This document shows, piece after piece, positions 11,824 to 21,598 of a DNA stretch of 64,000 bases (position 1 is its first letter; each line of letters begins with the position of its first letter). The DNA is from Alphaproteobacteria bacterium. GTDB lineage: Bacteria > Pseudomonadota > Alphaproteobacteria > MPNO01. The position numbers and the translations under genes are program-made. Below the pieces are notes generated by a model. That model did not search any database. It was not told the DNA's origin and was given only the letters and a program-made list of their open reading frames with translations. The stretch is from assembly GCA_963422565.1 (NCBI GenBank), contig OY730228.1:2889492-2953491 (forward strand), given 5' to 3'.

Positions 11824-13091
11824 CCGGGCACCTTCTGCCGCTCGATGCGGGCGCCGCAGGCGGCGAGCTTGGCCTCGATGGTCTCGTATCCGCGGTCCAG
11901 ATGATAGACGCGGTGGATCACGGTCTCGCCTTCAGCGACCAGCCCGGCCAGGATCAGCGACACCGAGGCTCGGAGATCGGTCGCCATCACCGAGGCCGCG
12001 GTCAGACGTTCGACCCCGCGGATCAGCGCCGAGGCGCCGCGCACCCGGATGTCGGCGCCCATGCGGACGAGCTCGGGCACATGCATGAACCTGTTCTCGA
12101 AAATCGTCTCGGTAATGCGCGACGCGCCTTCCGCGACGCAGGCGAGCGCCATGATCTGAGCCTGCAGGTCGGTCGGGAAGCCGGGATAGGGCTGGGTGAC
12201 CAGATCCATCGCGCGGGCGCGGCGGCGCGCCGCCCCGATGCGGATGCCGTCGGGGGTCTCCCCGACCTCGATCCCGGCCGACGCGAGCACCGCGATCAGG
12301 CTGTTCAGACAGGTCGTTTGGGCACCGCTCAGCAGCACGTCGCCGCCGGTGACCGCAGCGGCGATGGCGTAGGTCCCGGTCTCGATGCGGTCGGCCATGA
12401 CGCGGTGCGCGACGCCGTCGAGCACTTCGACGCCCTCGATGTCGAGCGTGTCGGTACCGATCCCCTCGATTCGGGCACCCATCCCGGTCAGGCAGCGGGC
12501 GAGATCGGCGACTTCGGGCTCGCGCGCGGCGTTGCGGAGCACGGTTCGACCGCCCGCCAGGCAGGCGGCCATGAGCAGGTTCTCGCTCGCGCCGACCGAA
12601 ACGAAGGGGAAGGTGATCTCGGCACCGGTCAACCCGCGCGGCGCCCGGGCTTCGACATAGCCGTCTCTGAGCGCGATCTCGGCACCGAGCCGACGGAGCC
12701 CGTCCAGATGAAGGTCGATCGGCCGGGTGCCGATCGCGCAGCCGCCCGGCAGCGAGACCCGCGCCTCGCCGAGCCGGGAGAGCAGCGGCGCTAGAACCAG
12801 CACCGAGGCGCGCATTCGGCGCACCAGATCGTAGGGCGCCGTCGCGCTGGCGAGATGCGAGGCGTCGAAGACGGCGGCGCCCGGCTCCTCTCCGGCCTCG
12901 ATGCGCACGCCGAGGGTTTCAAGCAGCCCCGACATCGAACGGATGTCGGCGACGGCCGGCAGATTCGTCAGCCGTACCCGCCGGCCGCTCAGCAGCGTCG
13001 CCGCCATCAGGGGAAGGGCTGCGTTCTTCGCACCGCCGATCCGGATCGTGCCGCGAAGCGGCGCGCCACCACAGAGTCGGATTACGTCCAT
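11820..13091 (-). CDS. murA: UDP-N-acetylglucosamine 1-carboxyvinyltransferase
   Basis: ATG at 13091..13089 gives [34 protein letters not shown]...[23 protein letters not shown]...FPTDLQAQ, which is MurA. The ORF-track N-extension to 13220 is spurious. Confidence 0.93.
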   Translation of the reverse strand: MDVIRLCGGAPLRGTIRIGGAKNAALPLMAATLLSGRRVRLTNLPAVADIRSMSGLLETLGVRIEAGEEPGAAVFDASHLASATAPYDLVRRMRASVLVLAPLLSRLGEARVSLPGGCAIGTRPIDLHLDGLRRLGAEIALRDGYVEARAPRGLTGAEITFPFVSVGASENLLMAACLAGGRTVLRNAAREPEVADLARCLTGMGARIEGIGTDTLDIEGVEVLDGVAHRVMADRIETGTYAIAAAVTGGDVLLSGAQTTCLNSLIAVLASAGIEVGETPDGIRIGAARRRARAMDLVTQPYPGFPTDLQAQIMALACVAEGASRITETIFENRFMHVPELVRMGADIRVRGASALIRGVERLTAASVMATDLRASVSLILAGLVAEGETVIHRVYHLDRGYETIEAKLAACGARIERQKVPG

Positions 13092-13173
13092 GTACCGTCG
13101 TCGCCGGAATCGGGCCTTCGGCGGGCGTCGAGCATTCGCCGCATACGCCCTGCAGGCGCCGAACCGCCCGGAC

Positions 13174-14505
13174 TCAGACGATCGGGGCCTCGGCGGCGGT
13201 CGGTCGGTCGGACCGGGCACGCGCCTGCGACTTGCGTCGGCGGAGATTCTCGCGGAGCGCCGCGGCCTCGCGCCGCCGCCGATCGTCCGTCCTGCCGGCG
13301 CCTCCTACGTCCGCCGCCGACCGGCTATATCCGTCCCTGGTCTGCGGCAGGCGGCGGTCGAGGAGACGGCTCGCGACCACGTTGCGCAGAATCTGGGCGG
13401 TGCCGCCGCCGATGGCGAACATGCGGGCGTCGCGCACCATGCGCTCCAGCGGGCGCGACTGCGAATAGCCGGCGGCGCCGAAGAGCTGCAATGCGTCATT
13501 CGTCACCTTGATGGCCATCTCGGATGCGAAGACCTTGGCCTGGGCGGCGAGCAGGCTGTCGGGGAAACCGCCGCCCGCGCTCGACGCCGCCCGCCAGATC
13601 ATCGTCCGGGCGGCTTCGATCTGGATCGACATGTCGGCGAGCATCCATTGCAGACCCTGGAATTCGCAGATCGGCCGGCCGAACTGGTTGCGCGACCTGG
13701 TATAGGCGATCGCCTCGTCGTAGGCGCCGGTGGCGATACCCAGCGCCGCGGTCGCGGCACCGACGCGCTGGCTGTTATAGGCGTTCATCAGGTCGGCGAA
13801 GCCTTTCCGCAGCCCGCGCGGCGGGACCAGCATGGCCGAGGCCGGCAGCGCCATATCGCGGCAGTGGATTTCCGCCTCCGGGATGCCGCGCAGCCCCATC
13901 GTTCGTTCGCGGGCGCCGATGATCAGCCCCGGGGTCTCGCCGCGCAGCGCGATGAAGCCGGCGATTCCCTCCTCCGCGCCGCGCTCGTCGAAGACCCTGG
14001 CGAAAACGAGATGCAGCCTGGAGACGCCGCCGCCGGTGATCCAGTGCTTGGTGCCGTTGAGGACGTAGGTGCCGCCCCGCCGGTCGGCGCGCATCGTCAT
14101 CTCCGAGGCTGCGCTTCCAGCCTCCGGCTCGGTGATGCAGATCGCCGGCTTGTCGCCGCCGAGCACGGCCTCCGCCCAGAGCCGCTTCTGCGCCTCGGTT
14201 CCGTAGGCAAGAACCGTGGATAGCGCGCCCATATTGGATTCCACGACGATCCGCGCCGTCACCGCGCAGGCCTTGGCCATCTCCTCGATCACCAGCACCG
14301 CGTCGAGATAGGAGAGCCCCCGCCCGCCATAGGTCTCGGGGACCGTCATCCCCATGAACCCGGCGTCGCGGAGTAGCGCCACGGTCTCCCACGGATAGTC
14401 GCGGCTCTCGTCGATCTTGGCGGCCCGGGCGGCGATCGCGCCGCGCGCGAGGGTGCGGGCACGCTGCTGAAGGTCGCGCTGTCGCGCATTCAGTTCGAAA
14501 TCCAT
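13174..14505 (-). CDS. acyl-CoA dehydrogenase family protein with an Arg-rich C-terminal tail
   Basis: ATG at 14505..14503 gives [63 protein letters not shown]...[33 protein letters not shown], the ACAD motifs. About 55 aa of low-complexity tail follow the canonical end. Confidence 0.88.
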   Translation of the reverse strand: MDFELNARQRDLQQRARTLARGAIAARAAKIDESRDYPWETVALLRDAGFMGMTVPETYGGRGLSYLDAVLVIEEMAKACAVTARIVVESNMGALSTVLAYGTEAQKRLWAEAVLGGDKPAICITEPEAGSAASEMTMRADRRGGTYVLNGTKHWITGGGVSRLHLVFARVFDERGAEEGIAGFIALRGETPGLIIGARERTMGLRGIPEAEIHCRDMALPASAMLVPPRGLRKGFADLMNAYNSQRVGAATAALGIATGAYDEAIAYTRSRNQFGRPICEFQGLQWMLADMSIQIEAARTMIWRAASSAGGGFPDSLLAAQAKVFASEMAIKVTNDALQLFGAAGYSQSRPLERMVRDARMFAIGGGTAQILRNVVASRLLDRRLPQTRDGYSRSAADVGGAGRTDDRRRREAAALRENLRRRKSQARARSDRPTAAEAPIV

Positions 14506-14777
14506 CTCTCGTCCTCGGTACGGCGCCAGCATATTCGCTCCGGTTTGTACCACGAATCGAGCCGCCGGGCCGGCATCGGCATCGTCGCCGACTTGACACG
14601 CATGCCCTGAAGCCATCCACTTGTGAGCAGTGCGTCATGGGGATTCGATCCCGACACGCCGTATTCCTGCCTCTGTTCCGACAAGCTCTACGCACCTTGC
14701 CTCACTCTTATTACATCTCGGTCGAACCGGGACTACGTGTATATGAAATATGTTCGAATAATTCGGAATCCTGTGGA

Positions 14778-14830
14778 GATTTTCCGGTATTCCATGCTCA
14801 TGCACACGGTAATGGATTTTTCGGTATTTC
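14778..14830. promoter_or_regulatory. imperfect 16-bp direct repeat in the AT-rich divergent promoter region; candidate transcription-factor operator
   Basis: GATTTTCCGGTATTCC at 14778-14793 and GATTTTTCGGTATTTC at 14815-14830, 21 bp apart. A near-palindrome TTCGAATAATTCGG lies nearby at 14753-14766. Both fall in the 386-bp intergenic region between the ACAD gene and the TPR gene. Confidence 0.35.
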
Positions 14831-14891
14831 GAGGCGCGGCCGGTTAACTCCGTCTTCGTTGGCGCATCTTCGTCGGTTCTAGAAGGTTGAC

Positions 14892-16238
14892 GTGGCGGTT
14901 TACCGGGATTGCCGCGGGCTCGCGGTCACCGTGGCGGGCGAGGGCGCGCTGCGAAGCTTCGATGCGACGGTCCGGTCCTTTCTCGGGTTGCGGCGGGACA
15001 CCGGCGATCATCTAAAGGCCGCGCTCGCGGCCGATGGCGGATTCCTGCTCGCGCACGTGCTGCGCGGCTATTTCATGCTGCTGTTCGCCAACCGCACCCT
15101 GATCGGCCGGGCGCGTGCCTCGCTCGCTGCCGCCGAAAGCGCTCGCGCGGCGCATGGCGCGACCGAAAGGGAACGCGGGCATCTGATGGCGCTCGACGCC
15201 TGGCTCGACGGGCAGCCGCGGCAGGCTCTCGCTTGCTGGACGCAGATTCTGGACCGGGATCCGCGCGATATCGTCGCGATCAAGCTCTCCGAATACTGGA
15301 ACTTCTATCTCGGCGACAGTGCCGGCATGTGCGCGGTCCAGGACCGGGTCGCGCCGGCCTGGGACGAGGGCGTACCGGAGTTCGGCAAGCTGCTCGGCAT
15401 GTCGGCCTTCGCCCTCGAGGAGGCCGGCGCCTATGCCGAGGCGGAACGGCGCGGGCGCCGGGCGGTGGACATCGACCCGACGGATCTGTGGTCCTGCCAT
15501 GCGGTCGCGCATGTGTTCGAGATGACTGGCCGGCGTCGGGAGGGGATCGACTGGATCTCCGGGCTCGGCCCCAACTTCCGCGACTGCAACGCGATGGCCA
15601 ACCATCTGTGGTGGCACCGTGCCCTGTTCTGGTTCGATCTCGGCCGCTTCGAAGAGGCGCTCGCGCTCCATGACGCGGAGATCGAACCCGAAAACGCAGT
15701 CGAGTATCTCGACATCTGCAACGCGGTCTCACTGCTGTGGCGGCTGGAGGAGGAGGGGGTCGATGTCGGCGCTCGCTGGTCCGCGCTGGCCGACCTCGCC
15801 GCGGCGAGGGCCGGCGACTTCCAGCTCGTCTTCGCCGATGTCCATTACGCGATGGCGCTCGCCGCCGCCGGACGGACGGAGGAGCTGGACCGCCTGCTTG
15901 CCGAGGCCGACGCCTTCGCCGGCGGCTCCGAGGACATCGCGGCCGGGATCATGGCGGAGGTCGGGCTCGCGCTCTGCCGGGCCGCTGCGGCCGCTCGCGC
16001 CGGCAGCTGGGGCAAAGCGGTCGCGCTCCTGTATCCACGCCGCAAGGCGATCCGGAAGATCGGCGGCAGCAACGCGCAGCGCGACCTGTTCGCGCGCATG
16101 CTCCTCCATGCGGCGGGGCGCGCCGGGCGGTCGGAGCTCGTGGCCGCGCTGGCCGCCGAGCGCCACCTCTCCAAACCGTACAGCCCGCCGACCGACGCCG
16201 TCTATGCGCGGTCGAACGCCGGACCGGGGCGCGGCTGA
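14892..16238 (+). CDS. tetratricopeptide-repeat protein (TTC38-like)
   Basis: The 448-aa ORF has a GTG start. Its Ala/Leu-rich helical repeats and WW/HRALF motifs are typical of TPR-family proteins. Confidence 0.7.
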   Translation: MAVYRDCRGLAVTVAGEGALRSFDATVRSFLGLRRDTGDHLKAALAADGGFLLAHVLRGYFMLLFANRTLIGRARASLAAAESARAAHGATERERGHLMALDAWLDGQPRQALACWTQILDRDPRDIVAIKLSEYWNFYLGDSAGMCAVQDRVAPAWDEGVPEFGKLLGMSAFALEEAGAYAEAERRGRRAVDIDPTDLWSCHAVAHVFEMTGRRREGIDWISGLGPNFRDCNAMANHLWWHRALFWFDLGRFEEALALHDAEIEPENAVEYLDICNAVSLLWRLEEEGVDVGARWSALADLAAARAGDFQLVFADVHYAMALAAAGRTEELDRLLAEADAFAGGSEDIAAGIMAEVGLALCRAAAAARAGSWGKAVALLYPRRKAIRKIGGSNAQRDLFARMLLHAAGRAGRSELVAALAAERHLSKPYSPPTDAVYARSNAGPGRG

Positions 16239-17410
16239 AGCCCGGCATGCGCCGCGACCTCGATCAGCGCCTCGTCCCGCATTCGCCCGGCCATGATCGA
16301 GACTCCGGTTGGCAGCCCATCGGCCTCGCCCAAGGGAAGATGGACCTGGGGGACGCCGGTCAGCCCGGCCGGCGCGGTCAGGCGGAGCGCGGCCGCGCGG
16401 AAGGCCTCAAGCTCCTCGGACTCCGCATCCCGCCGCGGCGGCAGGACCGCGGTCGGCAGGCACAGAAGTGTCCCGTCGTCGAGCAGCGCCTCCACATGCG
16501 CCGCCGCCTCCCGGCGCGACCGCCGCATCGCCGCGGCGGCGGCCTCGTCGACGCCGGCGGCCCAGGCAAGCCGGTCGGCGATGGCCGGGCTCAGATCCGG
16601 CCGATGGGCCTCCACCCAGGGGACGAGGGCCGCCTTGATCTCGCTCGCTTGGACGATCCGGAAGATGTCGGCCCATCGCGCCAGCCCCTGCGGCGCCAGG
16701 ACGACGGGCTCGGGGCCGGGGCAGCCCAGCGCGTCGGCGATTCTGTCCGTGAGGACGCGCACCTCCCGCGCGACCGGGGCCGGCGCGGCGTCGAGGGCAT
16801 CCTCGGCGATAAGCAGGCGCCTCGTCGGCGCCGGCGGGTGCCAGCCGGCGATCAGGGCGCGGCCGGCGCGGGCGAACGCCGATGGATCGGCGGCGAACCA
16901 GCCCACGACATCGAAGCTCGGGGCGAGGGCGAAGACCCCGGCGGTGGTGAGCCGCCCATGGCTCGGCCGGGCGCCGTAGAGCCCGCAGAACGCGGCGGGA
17001 ATGCGGACCGAGCCCGCGCAATCTGTGCCGAGCGCGATATCGGCGTCGCCCGCGGCCACGGCGACCGCCGAACCGCAGGAGGAGCCGCCGGGCAGCCGAT
17101 CCGGCGCCCGCGGGTTGATCGGGTCCCCATCATGGCGGTTGGTGCCGTTCAGGCTGTAACAGAGCTCGTCGCAGACGGTCCTGCCGACCAGCCGGGCACC
17201 GGAAGCGAGCAGCGCCCGGACCGCCGGCGCGTCGGTTTCGGCCGGCCGCGCATGTGCCCGCCATGTCGGCTGGCCGACCCCGGTGACGCGGCCGGCGAGG
17301 TCGAACACATCCTTCGCGGCGAAGCCGAGACCGGTCAAGGGACCGGACGGAGCGCCCCCGCGCCGATAGTCGCGATCGTGCAGGAAGGCGTTGAACCTGT
17401 CTTCCACCAT
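16202..17410 (-). CDS. amidase (amidase signature family)
   Basis: The sequence has GGSSCGSAVAVAAGDADIALGTDCAGSVRIPAAFCGLYG, the amidase signature with the Ser-cisSer-Lys region. Its 3' end overlaps the convergent TPR gene by 37 bp. Confidence 0.85.
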   Translation of the reverse strand: MVEDRFNAFLHDRDYRRGGAPSGPLTGLGFAAKDVFDLAGRVTGVGQPTWRAHARPAETDAPAVRALLASGARLVGRTVCDELCYSLNGTNRHDGDPINPRAPDRLPGGSSCGSAVAVAAGDADIALGTDCAGSVRIPAAFCGLYGARPSHGRLTTAGVFALAPSFDVVGWFAADPSAFARAGRALIAGWHPPAPTRRLLIAEDALDAAPAPVAREVRVLTDRIADALGCPGPEPVVLAPQGLARWADIFRIVQASEIKAALVPWVEAHRPDLSPAIADRLAWAAGVDEAAAAAMRRSRREAAAHVEALLDDGTLLCLPTAVLPPRRDAESEELEAFRAAALRLTAPAGLTGVPQVHLPLGEADGLPTGVSIMAGRMRDEALIEVAAHAGLQPRPGPAFDRA

Positions 17411-17528
17411 GCCGGGAGATTAGGTCATCGCCGATCGCGGCGGAACCGGCGCGGAACTTGACAGCCGGCGCGGCGGGCTTCGACGATGCGCGGCGGCCGA
17501 GGGCCGCGATGGAGCGAGGAGGAGAGAC

Positions 17529-18266
17529 ATGGCTCGCGTGATCGTCACCGGCGCCGCGAACGGGATCGGGCGCGCCTGCGCGCGCGACATGGCGGCGGAT
17601 GGCAACAAGGTTCTCGCCGTCGACCTCGACGAACGGGCGACGAGGGCCGCCCATCCGGACGCCGGCGGCAACCTCGTCTTCGAGGCCTGCGACGTGAGCC
17701 GTGCCGAGGACTGCGCGGCGGCGGTCGCGGCGGCGCTCGAACGCTTCGGTGCCGTGGACGCCTTGCTCCATTTCGCCGGGATCCACACGACCCGGGTCTG
17801 GGAGGAGGCGACTGCCGAAGAGTTCAACCGCGTTCTCGAGGTCAACGTCACCGGGTCGTTCCTCATGGCCCAGGCCGCGGCTCGCCCGATGGTCGCCGCT
17901 GGCAGAGGAGTGATCCTGTTCACCGCTTCGTCCATCGTCCATGCGGGGGGCGTCGGCGGCAGCGGGCGCGGCGGCCCTGCCTATGCGTGTTCGAAGGCGG
18001 CGATCATCGCTCTCACCCGGTCGTTGGCGCGGGCCCTCGGGCCGCAGGGAGTACGCGTCTGCGCGGTGGCGCCCGGTGCCACCGTGACGCCGATGACCGC
18101 CGGCTATACGGAGGCGCACTGGGCGCATGTCCGCTCCAGTGCTGCCCTCGGCCGGGAGGGGGATGCCGAGGATATCGCCGATGTTGCGCGGTTCCTGATC
18201 TCCGATCGGGCCCGCTACGTCACCGGCGAGATCGTGAACGTGAACGGCGGCGTGTCCTTCGCATGA
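17529..18266 (+). CDS. SDR-family oxidoreductase
   Basis: The sequence has VIVTGAANGIGRA...YACSKAAIIALTRSLA, the TGxxxGxG and YxxxK motifs. Confidence 0.9.
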   Translation: MARVIVTGAANGIGRACARDMAADGNKVLAVDLDERATRAAHPDAGGNLVFEACDVSRAEDCAAAVAAALERFGAVDALLHFAGIHTTRVWEEATAEEFNRVLEVNVTGSFLMAQAAARPMVAAGRGVILFTASSIVHAGGVGGSGRGGPAYACSKAAIIALTRSLARALGPQGVRVCAVAPGATVTPMTAGYTEAHWAHVRSSAALGREGDAEDIADVARFLISDRARYVTGEIVNVNGGVSFA

Positions 18267-19524
18267 GCGCGGCCGGTCGGCGGAAGCGGCCGGGCGCGTA
18301 AGGGGACGGGTCGATGTCGCCGTCGCGCCCGGCGATCAGATCGGCGACCAGCCGGCCGGTGACCGCCGCCATGGTCAGCCCTAGATGGCCATGCCCGAAA
18401 GCGAGGACCGCACGGTCCGTCCCAGGGGCGATGCCGATCACCGGCATGCTGTCGGGCATCGACGGGCGGTGCCCCATCCATTCCGCGCCGTCCTGGATGT
18501 CGAGATCGGGGACGAGCCTTCGCGCCATCGCCCCGAGCATGCGGGCGCGGCGGTAGTCGGGCGGCGCGTCCAGCGAGGCCATCTCGGCAGTGCCGGCGAG
18601 ACGGACGCCCTGCGTCATCGGCACGATACCGAAGCGATGGTCGCCGGCCATCACGGGAAGCCGGAGCGCGACACCGGGCGACGGCAGCATCAGATGGTAG
18701 CCGCGCTCGGTTTCGAGGGGCACGCGCGCGCCGAGCCGCGCGGCGAGACGCTTCCCGAACGCCCCGGCCGCCAGGACCAGGCGGTCGACCTCCCGCCGCC
18801 CGGCGGAAGTGACGATCGCGGCCGGCCCGTCCGGGCCGATTTCGATATCGCGCACCTCCTCGCGAAGGATCGCTCCGCCGCCCCGGAAGATGGCGTCCGC
18901 GAAACGCCGCGACAGCGCGAGCGGGTCCCTGACCATCAGGCAGTCCGGGGAAAACACCCCGCGAACGACCTCGCGCGTCAGCGCGGGCTCGAGCTGACGC
19001 ATTTCCGACGGGCCGAGCTCCTCGAGGGGAATGCCCCGCCTGCGCCTCAGCGCGTGTTCGGACCGGGCGGCTTCGAACGTTTCCAATCTGCGATAGGCGT
19101 AGAGGATACCGGTGGGCCGGAACAGATCCTCCGCACCGGCGGCGCGCAGCAGCGGCGCGTAGGCGTCCCAGGCGTGGTCGAGCAGGCCGGCGAGGGCGAA
19201 GGAGATCTCCTCGACACGGCCGGGCCGCGATGCCGCCGCGAAGCGGATCAGCCAAGGCGCGAGTCGCGCCAGATGGTGCCAGCGGACGACCAGCGGCCCC
19301 TCCGGGTCGAGCAGCATCGCCGGCGCCTTGCGGAGAATACCGGGCGTGGCGAGCGGTACGCAGGCGTCGACCTGGATCATCCCGGCATTGCCGTAGGATG
19401 TGCTCTCCCCGGGCGGCCCGCGGTCGATCAGCGTAACCCGGTGACCGTCGCGCAACAGCGAAAGGCCTGCGGCGAGGCCGACGATCCCGGCCCCGACGAT
19501 CGTCACGTCGCGAGGTTGGGTCAT
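18220..19524 (-). CDS. FAD-dependent oxidoreductase, D-amino-acid dehydrogenase (DadA) family
   Basis: The sequence has VTIVGAGIVGLAAGLSL...NAGMIQVDACVPLATPGILRKAPAMLLDPEGPLVVRWH..., a DadA-like dinucleotide-binding fold. Confidence 0.8.
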   Translation of the reverse strand: MTQPRDVTIVGAGIVGLAAGLSLLRDGHRVTLIDRGPPGESTSYGNAGMIQVDACVPLATPGILRKAPAMLLDPEGPLVVRWHHLARLAPWLIRFAAASRPGRVEEISFALAGLLDHAWDAYAPLLRAAGAEDLFRPTGILYAYRRLETFEAARSEHALRRRRGIPLEELGPSEMRQLEPALTREVVRGVFSPDCLMVRDPLALSRRFADAIFRGGGAILREEVRDIEIGPDGPAAIVTSAGRREVDRLVLAAGAFGKRLAARLGARVPLETERGYHLMLPSPGVALRLPVMAGDHRFGIVPMTQGVRLAGTAEMASLDAPPDYRRARMLGAMARRLVPDLDIQDGAEWMGHRPSMPDSMPVIGIAPGTDRAVLAFGHGHLGLTMAAVTGRLVADLIAGRDGDIDPSPYAPGRFRRPAALMRRTRRRSRSRSRR

Positions 19525-19537
19525 CGCTTCGGGCGCT

Positions 19538-20536
19538 TCACAGGGCCAGCAGAGCGCGGGCGTTGTTGCCGTAGATGTCCGCGCGTTCGGCCTCGCTGCA
19601 GCGCAGGCCGTCGATGACCGAGATCGTGTCCCGGATCAGGATCCGGCCGCCCTCCATATCGAACGGGCAGTCGGTGGCGAACAGCGAGCGGCCGGCACCG
19701 AAGAAATCGAGGCCGCACTGGCTGGCTTCCCTGGCGCCGAACATCGCGGTGTCGACGTAGAATTCCTTGAAGTATTCGATGGCGGGCCGGGCGAGCGCCT
19801 CGCGCAGCGGGCCGTAGCTGGCCTCGTCCGACTGCGAGGACCGACCGTCCCAGTGCGGGGTGATGCGGCCGCCGGCATGCGGGATATAGGCGCCCCAGTG
19901 ATGGGCGAGGACCTTGAGATTGGGGAGCTTGTCGAACAGGCCCGAGAACACGATTCGAGCCATCGCCGCGCTGGTCTCGTAGGCCCAGCCGAGACCCCAG
20001 AAAATCTCGAATTTGGAGACATCCTCGCCCAGATAGTCGGGATGCGACATCGGCCGCGCGGGATGGAGGAAGATCGGCCGGTCGCGCTGCGCCATCCGCT
20101 CGAACACCGGGAAGAAGGCCGGATCGTCGAGCGCGCGGCCGTTCACGTTGGAGTGGACCTGGAGGCCGCAGGCGCCGAGTTCGCCGACCGCGCGGTCGAT
20201 CTCCGCGACCGCGGCGTCGGGGTTGTTCATCGGTGGGCTCGCGAGGAAGCTCGGGAACCGATCCGGATCGGCGCGACACATCGCCGCCATCCCGTCATTT
20301 GCGGCGCGGGCGAGCGCGGGGGTTTCGTCGGGTCCGCCGAGAATATCGATGGGGGGTTGCGACATCGAGATGATCTGCTGCAGGTCGCCGAACTCATCGA
20401 GCAGGCGTTTCCGCGCGTCCATGTCGTAGAGCGTCGGGATCGAGAGCCAGCGCGCGACCGCCTTCTTGGGCATTCGCCGCTCCAGCGTGTCGATGACGCT
20501 CTTCGGAAATACGTGATTGAACACGTCGAGATGCAT
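19538..20536 (-). CDS. amidohydrolase-2 family protein (ACMSD/LigW-like metal-dependent decarboxylase or hydrolase)
   Basis: The sequence has MHLDVFNHVFPKSVID...PIFLHPARP...HHWGAYIPHAGGRITPHWD...FATDCPFD, the TIM-barrel amidohydrolase-2 motifs. Confidence 0.75.
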   Translation of the reverse strand: MHLDVFNHVFPKSVIDTLERRMPKKAVARWLSIPTLYDMDARKRLLDEFGDLQQIISMSQPPIDILGGPDETPALARAANDGMAAMCRADPDRFPSFLASPPMNNPDAAVAEIDRAVGELGACGLQVHSNVNGRALDDPAFFPVFERMAQRDRPIFLHPARPMSHPDYLGEDVSKFEIFWGLGWAYETSAAMARIVFSGLFDKLPNLKVLAHHWGAYIPHAGGRITPHWDGRSSQSDEASYGPLREALARPAIEYFKEFYVDTAMFGAREASQCGLDFFGAGRSLFATDCPFDMEGGRILIRDTISVIDGLRCSEAERADIYGNNARALLAL

Positions 20537-20611
20537 GGCCGGGTCTCCCTCGCCGACGGGTAGGGCGCCGATTCTGCCGCGCGCGGACGGACGGGTCCAA
20601 TCGGCCGGAGG

Positions 20612-21598
20612 TCAGCGCACGCCGGCGTCGGCGCTCCGTCCGAGCCCTGCGTTCTCGATGGCCGGCGCGATGGCCGACGGATTGACCGGCGCCATGAGAT
20701 GCGCGCCGGCGACGCCCGGGATCTCCGCGAGCCGCTGGATCAGTTCGGCGCAGATCGCGATTCCCTCGGCCTCGGGATCCGCGGCGCCCTCCATCCGATC
20801 GATCAACGCGTCCGGGATCGTCACCCCCCAGAGCCTGTCGCGCATCCAGCGCGCCGAGCGCGCCGAGGCGAGCGGGCCGAGCCCGATCAGAATGAACAGC
20901 CGTTCCGCGAGACCGAAATCGGCGAGGCGTCCGACATAGCGCCCAATCAGGCCGATATCGAAGCAGAGCTGAGTCTGGACGAATCGGGCACCGGCGTCCA
21001 ACTTGCGACGGAGCGAGTCGGGCCGCCAATCGGGCGGCGGGTCGATCGGTGTATCGGCGGCGCCGATGAAGAAGCGGGGCGGACTGTCGATCTTCCTGCC
21101 GCCGGGCAGGACCCCCTCGTCGCGCATCCCGGCCGCGATGCGCGCGAGATCGACGCTTTCGAGATCGAAGACCGGCTTGGCGTTCGGCTGGTCGCCGGCG
21201 GCCGGATCGTCGCCGCGCAGGATCAGCAGGTTGTGGATGCCGAGCGCCGAGGCGCCCAGGAGATCCGCCTGGAGCGCGATCCTGTTGCGGTCGCGGCAGG
21301 TGAACTGCAGGACGGGCTCGATGCCGTCCGCCCTGAGAAGCGCGGCGGCAGCGAGGCTCGAAAGATGGACCCGGGCGCTCGCCCCGTCGGTTACGTTGAT
21401 TGCATCGACGCGGCCGACAAGGGGGCGGGCCCGGGCGAGGAGGGCGTTCTTGCCCCCGGTGACCGGGGGCGCGACCTCGGCGGTGAGGGCGAACCCGCCG
21501 CCGGCCAGCCTCCGGGCCAGCGCGCTCTCTGTCGGAAGCGCCGCCTGCGGCCGCGCGGTTTCAATCGCGCCGCCGCGAGACGACGAAGGATTCGTCAT
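20612..21598 (-). CDS. methylenetetrahydrofolate reductase family protein (MetF-like)
   Basis: The 328-aa ORF has FALTAEVAPP...VDAINVTDGASARVHLSSLAAAALL...EPVLQFTCRDRNRIALQADLLGASALGIHNLLILRGDDP, a MetF fold. Confidence 0.75.
   Translation of the reverse strand: MTNPSSSRGGAIETARPQAALPTESALARRLAGGGFALTAEVAPPVTGGKNALLARARPLVGRVDAINVTDGASARVHLSSLAAAALLRADGIEPVLQFTCRDRNRIALQADLLGASALGIHNLLILRGDDPAAGDQPNAKPVFDLESVDLARIAAGMRDEGVLPGGRKIDSPPRFFIGAADTPIDPPPDWRPDSLRRKLDAGARFVQTQLCFDIGLIGRYVGRLADFGLAERLFILIGLGPLASARSARWMRDRLWGVTIPDALIDRMEGAADPEAEGIAICAELIQRLAEIPGVAGAHLMAPVNPSAIAPAIENAGLGRSADAGVR

Noticed and set aside
14745-14775. tRNA-like T-arm sequence (ttcgaataattcggaatcc)
   Set aside because: It resembles GGTTCGAATCC only superficially. 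No acceptor stem, D-arm or anticodon arm can be built around it. It is better explained as part of a palindromic operator-like repeat.
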